In this document: positions 28,540-36,950 of the stretch, piece after piece
How positions within the stretch are numbered: position 1 is the first letter of the stretch
Layout: each line of letters starts with the position of its first letter
DNA from: Deltaproteobacteria bacterium
Lineage (GTDB): Bacteria > Myxococcota_A > Polyangia > Fen-1088
Length of the DNA stretch: 64,000 nt
Assembly (NCBI GenBank): GCA_033763315.1
Contig: JANRKS010000024.1
Coordinates: 64,001-128,000, forward strand
Reading direction: 5' to 3'
Notes under the pieces: generated by a model
The model's database searches: none
Seen by the model: only the letters and a program-made list of their open reading frames with translations
What the model was told of the DNA's origin: nothing
Made by a program: the position numbers and the translations under genes

Positions 28540-28569
28540 ACCACGAAGATGGCGCCGTCCGTACCAGCG

Positions 28570-29157
28570 CTAAAAGCGCGGCAGGGCAAAGGGCAGCCGA
28601 CGCAGCGGCGCACGCAGCATGTCGGCCACATCAGCAAACACGTTCGAGGCGCGGCGCGAACCCACGACCTCGAGCGACAGGCCCTGCGATTCGGACTCGA
28701 AGCGCCGCTCAAAAGCAGCGCTCGTGCCGCGCGAACGCGCCACCGCGGGCAGGCAGGTGAGCCGACGGGCCACCACGTAACGAGAACGTAGAACAACAGC
28801 GTCTTTGCCGGCTTCCAAACGGCCAAGCGCCCAGCCCAAAGGCGCCCAGGTCAGCGGGCAGTTGGCCGTATCGGCCAAGATGACGGTTTGGCCTCGGGCC
28901 TCAGACGTGCCACGTACGAAAGCGCGCCCCGAGACGTCTCGGTAGATCACCCGAAGCTCGGGGATTTGGCACTCCAACAACTTGAGCAGGCCCAAGCTGT
29001 TGTCACGAGAGCCGTCGTTGACCGCCACAATCTCAAACCCCAAACCCAGCGCTGTCATGTGCGCCGCAAACGCCTTGATGTCGCGTCCTAACGTCTCTTC
29101 TGCGTCTGAAACGGCAAGAACAAGCGATACGTCAATCGAGGGTTGGCTGGGTTTCAT
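28570..29157 (-). CDS. Short, degenerate GT2-like protein
   Basis: EIVAVNDGSRDNS and ARG motif present; the DxD position reads ADT; only about 195 aa. Start ATG 29157. Confidence 0.7.
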   Translation of the reverse strand: MKPSQPSIDVSLVLAVSDAEETLGRDIKAFAAHMTALGLGFEIVAVNDGSRDNSLGLLKLLECQIPELRVIYRDVSGRAFVRGTSEARGQTVILADTANCPLTWAPLGWALGRLEAGKDAVVLRSRYVVARRLTCLPAVARSRGTSAAFERRFESESQGLSLEVVGSRRASNVFADVADMLRAPLRRLPFALPRF

Positions 29158-29197
29158 GGACGTCCTGCGGGAGAACAGATTCCGCAAAGAGCAGATT

Positions 29198-29213
29198 TGC
29201 ACGTGGCGTGCCG
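29198..29213 (-). promoter_or_regulatory. sigma54 -24/-12 promoter
   Basis: CGGCACG-CCAC-GTGCA (exact GG-N10-GC spacing) about 40 nt upstream of ATG 29157. Confidence 0.65.
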
Positions 29214-29252
29214 AACGGCGGTTTACAGAAATACAAGGGGTTAGGACATGTA

Positions 29253-29271
29253 TGTGGGATAAATTCCTACA
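29253..29271. promoter_or_regulatory. Palindromic upstream activator site candidate
   Basis: TGTGGGA-TAAAT-TCCTACA (TGT-N13-ACA) upstream of the sigma54 site, with an IHF-like ATACAAGGGGTTA at 29231-29243 between them. Confidence 0.45.
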
Positions 29272-29310
29272 CAGTTGGGTGCTACCTTGCGCACCTAGGT
29301 GCCACCCGCG

Positions 29311-30387
29311 TTACGCAGGCGGCAGCCGTGACAGCGCAGACCTAAGGCCACCAACGTCGCCCTGTGGCACCAGTGTCACGAGCGGGTGGGAACCCAGCCC
29401 GGCCAGGCCTCCGACCGCGGTCGCGATAACGGGCGTTCCCAAACCAAGCGCCTCAGCCACAACCAAAGGATAGCCCTCAGTGCGGCCCGAAGGCAGACGG
29501 CGGCTGGGCACCACGCAGGCGGCGGCTCGTGCCATTTCGCCGGCCACCTGGGTGGCATGAACCGCGCCCCGCAGGTGCAAACTCACCCCAAGCTCACACG
29601 CCAGGCGAGCCAAGCGGGCACGTTCAGGCCCTTCGCCCAGCAACGTTAACGCCGGCCGCCGACGCACAGGCAAGCCGCCCAAAGCCAAGACCAGAGTGTG
29701 GAACCCTTTGATCGGCACCAATCTGCCGACGCCCAGGATGCCGCTGCGCTTTGACGGTGGCGTAAGGCGGGGCGCAAAGGCCGCTGGGTCCACCGGCATC
29801 GCCTGCACGTGCCTGCCCACCTGGGTTGGCCACGGCTTACCCACCAGGCGTTCTAGGCGCAGGGCCAAGTCGTCCGAGACACAAACCACGCCTTGCACCT
29901 GGCACACGATCCACCGGGCCAACCGGGCGCCACCCGGCAGGGCCTCAAGCGCCGCGACGTCGCCCGAATGCACGAAGGCGACGTGCGGCTTTCCGGTGTT
30001 TGCCAAGGTCACAGCCAAGGTTGAGGGCACCAACCAATGGCTGTGGATCCGATCCCACCGCTCGGCCCGTGTGCGCACCCGCTGTGCCAGTGCCATTGTG
30101 AACCGTGCCGCTTCCACGGCCAGACCCAACCGCTGCAGCGATCGCGCTCGCTCCCACACCTCGGGGGCACCTTCCCCAGCAAACAGCGTGTGGCTTTGCA
30201 CGCGCTCAATGAGGCACGTGCCTTCCTGAGTGCGCGTGTCGGCGTGCCCCGCGGCCACGACCTCGACCGTTGTGTCACCGTGCCCGGCGTTTGCTTGCAC
30301 GAAAACGCGAGTGTGCGTTTGAACAAAGCGGCCCGCCGGATCACTTGCATGTTGTGGCCACGACGTGGTGACAACACCTAAACGCAC
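29311..30387 (-). CDS. Glycosyltransferase family 4
   Basis: TTSWP...DPAGRFV, HSHWLVP, VGRLVPIKG, EGYPLVVAEA. Start GTG 30387. Confidence 0.88.
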   Translation of the reverse strand: MRLGVVTTSWPQHASDPAGRFVQTHTRVFVQANAGHGDTTVEVVAAGHADTRTQEGTCLIERVQSHTLFAGEGAPEVWERARSLQRLGLAVEAARFTMALAQRVRTRAERWDRIHSHWLVPSTLAVTLANTGKPHVAFVHSGDVAALEALPGGARLARWIVCQVQGVVCVSDDLALRLERLVGKPWPTQVGRHVQAMPVDPAAFAPRLTPPSKRSGILGVGRLVPIKGFHTLVLALGGLPVRRRPALTLLGEGPERARLARLACELGVSLHLRGAVHATQVAGEMARAAACVVPSRRLPSGRTEGYPLVVAEALGLGTPVIATAVGGLAGLGSHPLVTLVPQGDVGGLRSALSRLPPA

Positions 30388-30394
30388 CGCCGCC

Positions 30395-31168
30395 TCACCG
30401 TCGAGACAGCCACGCGGGCTGTCGGCTGTCGGCGCTGGCCCACCGCCGCTTGCACCGACGAACACAACCACGAATCAACAACAGCAAAATAGGTATGGCC
30501 ACGCGCGTGGGTCGGATGCCAGAACGCCAGGCCGGTCCATAGACGGGCCGCACGGGCACATCCACCACGCGCGCCGCGCCCAGCGACAAGCGGACCAGAA
30601 CGTCGTTTGGGTATCCGTACCGTGGGAACGTGGCTTCAGAGAGGATTACCGCAAGCGCACGCCGGTTGGCCGCGGTGTAACCGCATTGCGAATCGAACAC
30701 ATGCCACAAACCCGAAGCCACTTTCGTGAACAGCGACAACGCCACGTTGCCAAACAAACGCGACACGGGCATCTGCCGCCACACGCTCGCACGCTCGCCC
30801 CGATAGGCAAACCGATTGCCTTTCGCATAGTCCGCACCCGCCACCACCGCTTGCACGAGGTTCGGTAGATCGTGCGGATCCATTTGTGAATCGCCGGCCA
30901 TCACGGCCGTGATCTCGGCACCCAACGCGAACGCTCGTTTATACCCCGTCACAAGCGCGGCGCCGACGCCGCTGTTTTGCTTGTGCACATGCACCTCAAG
31001 GCCAGCTCGATCAACAGCTGCAGCAAGTACAGCGGTGTTGTCTTGGCTGGCGTCGTCCACGACGATCACGTGATCCACAAACGCAGGAATCGACCGCAAC
31101 GTGGCGACGATCTTATCGGCTTCGTTGAAGGCGGGCACAACCACCGCCACCGGACGTTTTGCGAACAT
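30395..31168 (-). CDS. Glycosyltransferase family 2 (polyprenol-P-sugar synthase-like)
   Basis: VPAFNE, VVDDASQD, MAGDSQMDP, YAKGNRF, DSQCGYTA, RYGYPND. Confidence 0.9.
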   Translation of the reverse strand: MFAKRPVAVVVPAFNEADKIVATLRSIPAFVDHVIVVDDASQDNTAVLAAAVDRAGLEVHVHKQNSGVGAALVTGYKRAFALGAEITAVMAGDSQMDPHDLPNLVQAVVAGADYAKGNRFAYRGERASVWRQMPVSRLFGNVALSLFTKVASGLWHVFDSQCGYTAANRRALAVILSEATFPRYGYPNDVLVRLSLGAARVVDVPVRPVYGPAWRSGIRPTRVAIPILLLLIRGCVRRCKRRWASADSRQPAWLSRR

Positions 31169-31183
31169 GACGAACGGTCCCGC

Positions 31184-32884
31184 TTAGAAGGGATTCACAA
31201 GCTCAGACGCCGGTGTCTTTTTGCCGGTCTTGCCGCTCGTGTCTTTGGGCTTATCAGATTCGTTTTGCTGCGGGCGCGATGGCCCCGAACGATGCGATCG
31301 TGGTCGCGAGGGTTCGTCCGCTGGCTCAGGTTCATTGGGCGTGGGGATAACAGCTGGAGGCACTTGCACGGGCACCGGCCGACGGTTGCCCGATCCAATA
31401 GCGGCTTTCAAGCTGGCAAACACTTTGAGCGGCGGGCGAACATCTTTCGACGTTTCTTCATAACCGTCTTTGCGCAACACAAAGACGGTGGGCTCGCTGT
31501 TCTTCCAATTGATGTTTGCGACACAGGGCGTGGTACACAGCAACTTGTTCGACGCTTTGTCGAATACGTCGGCGCCGCCTGGAATCGAATCCACTTCGAT
31601 TTGCATCGGCCCATCACGCAATTGTGTGCCACTCGATTGAATGATCACTTGTGGCTGCGCGCTGCTGCGCACCAAAATGATGCCGCCACCGAAGCCGCCC
31701 ACACCAAGGATGAGCATCATGGCCACGAGGAACTTCGGTTTCTTGTAAAGCGGTTGGTTCGCAAGCGCAGCGGCTTCGGCCGCTTGTTGCGCCAACGATG
31801 AGCTGCCGGACGCGCTCACCGAAACAGATACAGGCGGAACGGTGGGCGATCGCACTTGCAGTGTGTAGGGCCGCGAATTCGAAGCCGGCATCGATTGGCT
31901 CACGCGCACGGAGCCCGTTGTGGTTTGACGACCGTCTTGCGGCGCCTCGCCCGGGAACAAGTCACGCATCAAACCAGCAAGATGCGTGGGCTGAAAGCGT
32001 GAGGCGTGCACGATGTCATCAAGCGCGTCGGCCATTTCGCCCCCGCTTTGAAAGCGGTGATCTGGATTGCGCGCCAGCGCTTGCAGCACGATCGCGTCGA
32101 GTTCAGGCGGGCATAAGGGGTTCTGCAGTGACGGCGGCGGCACTTCACACTGCCGCACTTTTTCCACCGTTTGCAGATCGTTTTCGCCCTTAAACAAGCG
32201 ACGCCCGGTCAGGATCTCGTGCAACACAATGCCGGTGGCGAAGATATCGATGCGGCTATCGACATCGTTGCCGCGCGTCTGTTCGGGCGCCATGTAAGCG
32301 AACTTGCCTTTGAGCGTGCCTTTTTGCGTGTTTTCGTCGCCGTTTTCGCCACCTAAGGCTTTGGCAATGCCGAAATCCAACAGCTTCACTGATCCCTCAA
32401 ACGACAACATCACGTTCGAAGGCGAGACGTCACGATGGATCATGCCGATGGCTTTGCCATCATCGCCACGCAGGTGGTGAGCGTAGTCGAGCGCCCGGCA
32501 CATCTCACGCCCGACGTAGGCCACAAGTTCGGGCCGCGGGGGGCCGACGCGGGCCCACAACGTCCGCATCGTTTCGGCCAAATCGCGCCCACGCACATAC
32601 TCCATCGAGATGAAGTACTCGTTGTCGACCGAACCTAGCTCGAACACCTGCACGATGTTCGGGTGGTTGAGGCGAGCCGACATCTTGGCTTCCTCAATGA
32701 ACATTTTGGTGAACGTCGGATCGTCCGAAAGGTGCGGCAGGATCCGCTTTACGACGAAAATGCGTTCGAAACCCGCGGGCCCTTGGACGCGTCCTTTGAA
32801 CACGTCTGCCATCCCTCCGCGACCAATGCGCTCGAAGAGGGTGTATTTACCGAATTGAACCGGCTGAGGAAGGACCACGCCCAC
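31184..32884 (-). CDS. Hanks-type Ser/Thr kinase with TM helix, PEGA-like domain and Pro-rich tail
   Basis: FGKY...IGRGGMADVF, GPAGFER, HRDVSPSN, DFGIAKA, LKGKFAYMAPEQ; ends ELVNPF. Confidence 0.93.
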   Translation of the reverse strand: MGVVLPQPVQFGKYTLFERIGRGGMADVFKGRVQGPAGFERIFVVKRILPHLSDDPTFTKMFIEEAKMSARLNHPNIVQVFELGSVDNEYFISMEYVRGRDLAETMRTLWARVGPPRPELVAYVGREMCRALDYAHHLRGDDGKAIGMIHRDVSPSNVMLSFEGSVKLLDFGIAKALGGENGDENTQKGTLKGKFAYMAPEQTRGNDVDSRIDIFATGIVLHEILTGRRLFKGENDLQTVEKVRQCEVPPPSLQNPLCPPELDAIVLQALARNPDHRFQSGGEMADALDDIVHASRFQPTHLAGLMRDLFPGEAPQDGRQTTTGSVRVSQSMPASNSRPYTLQVRSPTVPPVSVSVSASGSSSLAQQAAEAAALANQPLYKKPKFLVAMMLILGVGGFGGGIILVRSSAQPQVIIQSSGTQLRDGPMQIEVDSIPGGADVFDKASNKLLCTTPCVANINWKNSEPTVFVLRKDGYEETSKDVRPPLKVFASLKAAIGSGNRRPVPVQVPPAVIPTPNEPEPADEPSRPRSHRSGPSRPQQNESDKPKDTSGKTGKKTPASELVNPF

Positions 32885-32963
32885 GGACTTTGATCTTAGC
32901 CCAGAATGTCAGAAACCACCCAAAGACCCCCAAAATTAGGGACTTGGGCAGGGCGGAACCATA

Positions 32964-33761
32964 TCAGCGAAGATCCACGGAGCCCAGCGTTCCTGATTCC
33001 GCTTTTTGTCCTGACAAGGCGAACGCCACCACGACCCCGGTCAGCACGGCGCCGCCGAGTGCGGCCCACAACCACATGTGGTTGCTTCCCTCAGGGTCGC
33101 CTTCGTCTTTGTCAGGTGTTTCCGACCGGGCGGCGCGGTTGACTCGGGGTGGTGGTGAGCCACCTCGGTGCTTTGCGACGACCAGGGATACACCGTCGTC
33201 TTCGTCGGCTGAGTCCACAATGGGCCCATTGGCTTGCGGAACCGAAGCCACCGGGGTTGTGGGTTTAGCGGCGGCGGGCTTTTTGTCGAGCGGCTTGACC
33301 GGCGCCTTGGGCTCGGGCGCCGCGGCAGGGTCGAGGCTGCCATCAGCCAAAAGCGCAGGGCTTTTTTTTCCATCGGGTTCGTTTTGGGGCCCCACCTGAG
33401 CCTGAAGCTCATTGATTTGCTTTTGCACCTCGGCCTTGCGTGGGCTTTGCGGCTCGGCCTTCAGGTAATCCTTAAAGTGGCTGAGCGCCTGTTCCAGCTC
33501 GCCCAGCTTGCGGTAGCAAACGGCAATGTTGAGCAGGAAACCCGGGTTGCGCGTGAGCATGTAGCCGCCTTGGAATTCGGACACAGCCTCGCGGTATTCG
33601 CCCTTCTCAAATGCCTTGTTGCCGGCGGCAAAACGCGCCTTCGCTTCCTCCACGTCTTCCGCGGAGATCGCGGGCGCCTGAGCGTAAGCGATCGTTGCGG
33701 CGCTTGTAAGCGCCAAGACCACGCCCCCCCAGGACAACAGCCGGAGCCAACAAGCGACCAT
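32964..33761 (-). CDS. Exported TPR protein with C-terminal hydrophobic segment
   Basis: Signal peptide ending AYA; TPR AKARFAAGNKAFEKGEYREA...LLNIAVCYRKLG; WLWAALGGAVLTGVVVAFAL. Start 33761 or 33803; the longer frame is antisense to thiD. Confidence 0.82.
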   Translation of the reverse strand: MVACWLRLLSWGGVVLALTSAATIAYAQAPAISAEDVEEAKARFAAGNKAFEKGEYREAVSEFQGGYMLTRNPGFLLNIAVCYRKLGELEQALSHFKDYLKAEPQSPRKAEVQKQINELQAQVGPQNEPDGKKSPALLADGSLDPAAAPEPKAPVKPLDKKPAAAKPTTPVASVPQANGPIVDSADEDDGVSLVVAKHRGGSPPPRVNRAARSETPDKDEGDPEGSNHMWLWAALGGAVLTGVVVAFALSGQKAESGTLGSVDLR

Positions 33762-33821
33762 TCGGCTACAACAAACAACCTGGGAAGCCAATCGCAACAC
33801 CATGAAGTAAGAACACGGCGC

Positions 33822-34637
33822 GTGGATGATTTGGGCAAGTTTCACCTGGTGGCCATCGGCGGATTCGACCCGGGTGGCGGCGCCGGCATCCTGAGGGATG
33901 GTCTCACGGCGCGCGCTTTGGGTTGCACGTTTCGGCTGGTCGGTACCGCCTGGGCTGAGCAATCGCCTCTTCACGGGGTGCAATCCCTTGATCCGCGGCC
34001 CCGCCATGAGCTGGCCAAAGCCATCGGGCTGGCGCTCAAAGACGCCCCCCTCGGGCGGACGGCCGTTAAAATCGGCATGGTGATCAATGCGGCCACCGTC
34101 GGCACCATCGCCACATCGTTGTCGAGCTTTGGCGGGCCGGTGGTGTTTGATCCGGTTCTGGGCGCCACAGCGGGGGGGGCTTTGTTCGATAGCGAGGGCG
34201 TCTCGCTGATGGAGGCTTTGGCGCCGCTTGTAAAACGCAGCCACGTGTTTACGCCCAACGCCCAAGAAGCAGCCCTCATGTGCGACAGCACGGTGGAAGG
34301 CATCGAAGACGCCGCGGCAACGGCGCGCATGATTGCGTTTCACGGCGCGCGCGCCGTGGTGGTCAAGGGCGGACACCTGAACACCGAGAACGTGTGCGAC
34401 GTGCTTGTGCACGAAGGTGAGCTCACAGCGATTTCCTCGCCGCGGTCATCGGGACCAAACGTGCGGGGCACGGGCTGCACCTACGCTTCAAGCCTCGCGC
34501 TGTTTTTGGCGCGCGGTGAGGCGATAGGCAAGGCATGTGAACTTGCGCAAGCCCACGTCGCAGAAGCCATCCGGCTTGCGCGGCCCGCTGGCAACGAATG
34601 GCATTTGGGCCACGGCTTGCCCAACCAAACCTTGTGA
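33822..34637 (+). CDS. thiD: Hydroxymethylpyrimidine/phosphomethylpyrimidine kinase
   Basis: IGGFDPGGGAGI, AVKIGM, FDPVL, TPNAQEA, VKGGH, RGTGCTYAS. Confidence 0.88.
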   Translation: MDDLGKFHLVAIGGFDPGGGAGILRDGLTARALGCTFRLVGTAWAEQSPLHGVQSLDPRPRHELAKAIGLALKDAPLGRTAVKIGMVINAATVGTIATSLSSFGGPVVFDPVLGATAGGALFDSEGVSLMEALAPLVKRSHVFTPNAQEAALMCDSTVEGIEDAAATARMIAFHGARAVVVKGGHLNTENVCDVLVHEGELTAISSPRSSGPNVRGTGCTYASSLALFLARGEAIGKACELAQAHVAEAIRLARPAGNEWHLGHGLPNQTL

Positions 34638-34644
34638 GTGTGCT

Positions 34645-35226
34645 CTAGCGCGCGGGTACGAATTCAAGTTGCACGAGCGGCGTGCGCCTCACAGGCACCA
34701 ATGAAACGTGACGCGCGGGATCCGAGCTGCGCATGTAGTAGTGGCCGGCGTCCTTATCGCTGCACCACAAACCCGGGCTGTCGCCCAACTTGCGAAAGCC
34801 GACCCACAACGTCGCTTGGCCTTTGAGCGGCGCCTCGCCCAGCTCTTCGGTCATCCAACGCCCCGAGGTGGCCGGTCCCGACGCTGCCAGTGAAACCTCG
34901 CGCCGGGTTTCCCACAACGGTTTGCCGGGGCCATCCAAGCCTGAGGATTCATAGAACGTAATTTGAAAGAGGCCCGGGCTGGCGGGTCGGTACCACAGCC
35001 GCGACGGGGGCAAGCTGTGCTCGGGAACGTCGAAGCGGATAAGCGCTTCGTACGCCATATCCGGGAAGGCCAAGACACTTTGGGGTTGGCCGTCGCCATA
35101 GGAAAGCAGCGTGCGCGGCCCCCCTTGAGAAGCGGTGCTTGGCCCCGCACAAGCGCCAAGACCCATCAACACCACGGCCACCACACAGCGACCAAGGTCG
35201 CGACCGCCCCGCACAACAGTTTTCAT
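34645..35226 (-). CDS. Hypothetical lipoprotein
   Basis: LGAC lipobox; fills the gap between thiD and the divergent oxidoreductase. Start ATG 35226. Confidence 0.65.
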   Translation of the reverse strand: MKTVVRGGRDLGRCVVAVVLMGLGACAGPSTASQGGPRTLLSYGDGQPQSVLAFPDMAYEALIRFDVPEHSLPPSRLWYRPASPGLFQITFYESSGLDGPGKPLWETRREVSLAASGPATSGRWMTEELGEAPLKGQATLWVGFRKLGDSPGLWCSDKDAGHYYMRSSDPARHVSLVPVRRTPLVQLEFVPAR

Positions 35227-35316
35227 TGCGCCATGATACTCGGCGGGCGCGCCCTTTTGTTGAAGGCGATGTGTGGCCATTTTCGTTGTCGCCCCGAAGC
35301 GGTTAGCATGGTGGTT

Positions 35317-36357
35317 ATGGCCGCAGCAGCAGTGAACAACGATGTGGGGATGGCCGTCGTGGGCGCAGCGGGTTGGGGCAAAAACGTGGTCCGCACCTTC
35401 TCGATCGCGCGTGGCTGCGATTTGAAATGGGTGTGCGACCTAAATCCTCAACTGCTTAAGGCCACGGCCGAGCGGCACCCGGGCGTGCGCGTGACCACGT
35501 CGTTTGATGAGGCGCTCGCGGACCCCCAAGTCAAAGCGGTGGCGGTGGCCGTGGATGTGCCGAACCATCACCGGCTGGCCGAACGTGCCTTGTTGTCAGG
35601 CCGGCACGTCTACGTTGAAAAACCCTTAACGCTCACGAGCAGCGATGCGCTTTCACTTTGCACCTTGGCGCGCGAACGAAAGCTCACCCTCATGGTGGGC
35701 CACTTGCTGCTTTACCATCCCGCGGTTGTGCTGGCGAAGCAACGCATTGATGCCGGCGAGCTCGGCGACGTTCATTACCTTTACAGCCAGCGGGTAAACT
35801 TGGGCATCGTGCGCGAAAGTGAAAACGCGTGGTGGTCGCTGGCGCCGCACGATGTGGCCGTGGCGATGTATCTGCTGGGTGGTGTGCCGGTGGCGGTGTC
35901 TGCCACGGGCGCGGTATTTTTGCAGCGCGAACGCCAGGTGGAAGACATTGCGTTCGCTTCGCTGCGTTTCGCGGGTGGCAAGAGCGCACACATTCATGTG
36001 TCGTGGTTGGATCCGCACAAACGCCGCAGCCTCACGGTCGTTGGCTCAAAACGCATGTTGACGTTCGATGACACCGCGCCCGACGAGCGCGTGAAGATCT
36101 ACGACAAAGGCGCCATCCCCACGCCAGGCCACACAACCTATGCCGAAGGCGTAGCGGTGCGTTCCGGCGATGTGGTGTCTCCCGCGGTGCCGAACAAAGA
36201 ACCTCTGTTGGAAGAGTGCGAGCACTTCATTGAATGCGTTCAAACGGGCCGCACGCCACGCAGTGATGGTGAGCAAGGCCTCGCTGTGGTGCGCGTGTTG
36301 GAGGCAGGCCAAGCTTCCATTGCTATGGGCGGCACGCCAGTGGAGATCCCCTCATGA
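35317..36357 (+). CDS. Gfo/Idh/MocA family oxidoreductase (nucleotide-sugar dehydrogenase-like)
   Basis: [43 protein letters not shown]. Start 35308 or 35317. Confidence 0.9.
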   Translation: MAAAAVNNDVGMAVVGAAGWGKNVVRTFSIARGCDLKWVCDLNPQLLKATAERHPGVRVTTSFDEALADPQVKAVAVAVDVPNHHRLAERALLSGRHVYVEKPLTLTSSDALSLCTLARERKLTLMVGHLLLYHPAVVLAKQRIDAGELGDVHYLYSQRVNLGIVRESENAWWSLAPHDVAVAMYLLGGVPVAVSATGAVFLQRERQVEDIAFASLRFAGGKSAHIHVSWLDPHKRRSLTVVGSKRMLTFDDTAPDERVKIYDKGAIPTPGHTTYAEGVAVRSGDVVSPAVPNKEPLLEECEHFIECVQTGRTPRSDGEQGLAVVRVLEAGQASIAMGGTPVEIPS

Positions 36358-36950
36358 GCCAGTCCTCACGCGCGCCCGCTTGGGCCCACGCCACAGCGAT
36401 CGTTGATGACGGCGCCATCCTAGGCGCAGGCACAAAAATCTGGCACTTCTGCCACGTGATGGGTGGCGCGCGCGTGGGCGCGGGGGTGTCGCTGGGACAA
36501 AATGTTTATGTTGCCGCGACAGTGGTGATCGGCGACGGCTGCAAGATTCAAAACAACGTGTCGCTGTATGACGGTGTGATTTTAGAAGATGATGTTTTTG
36601 TGGGCCCATCCGCAGTGTTCACCAACGTCGTGAATCCACGTGCGTTCGTGGTGAGGCGCCATGAGTATCGCCCCACGATCGTTGGCAAGGGCGCAAGCAT
36701 CGGCGCCAATGCAACGCTTGTGTGCGGTCACAACGTGGGCGAATACGCATTCGTGGCAGCCGGCGCCGTGGTCACCAAGCACGTGCCCGCGTTTGCGCTT
36801 GTGGCTGGCGTGCCCGCCAAGTTCATCGGCTGGGTGTGCCGCTGTGGCGAGCGGCTGCCGCAGCAGGCCCCCATCGTCTGTGGCAGTTGCGAAACGCGAT
36901 ACGAATTGCAAAGCACGGGGACGGACCCCGTTTTGCATCTCGCCGTTTAA
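36354..36950 (+). CDS. Hexapeptide-repeat N-acetyltransferase (WbpD/WlbB-like)
   Basis: [33 protein letters not shown]-terminal CxCG...CxxC; ATGA overlap with the upstream gene. Confidence 0.9.
   Translation: MSQSSRAPAWAHATAIVDDGAILGAGTKIWHFCHVMGGARVGAGVSLGQNVYVAATVVIGDGCKIQNNVSLYDGVILEDDVFVGPSAVFTNVVNPRAFVVRRHEYRPTIVGKGASIGANATLVCGHNVGEYAFVAAGAVVTKHVPAFALVAGVPAKFIGWVCRCGERLPQQAPIVCGSCETRYELQSTGTDPVLHLAV

Noticed and set aside
30977-31801. 274-aa plus-strand ORF
   Set aside because: Antisense shadow of the kinase and GT2 genes.
33234-34412. Apparent long overlap of thiD and the TPR gene
   Set aside because: Each ORF merely stays open through the other; motif-based starts (33822 and 33761/33803) are divergent and do not overlap.
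34963-35307. Extension of the oxidoreductase ORF
   Set aside because: Antisense to the lipoprotein gene; the Rossmann motif begins after 35317.
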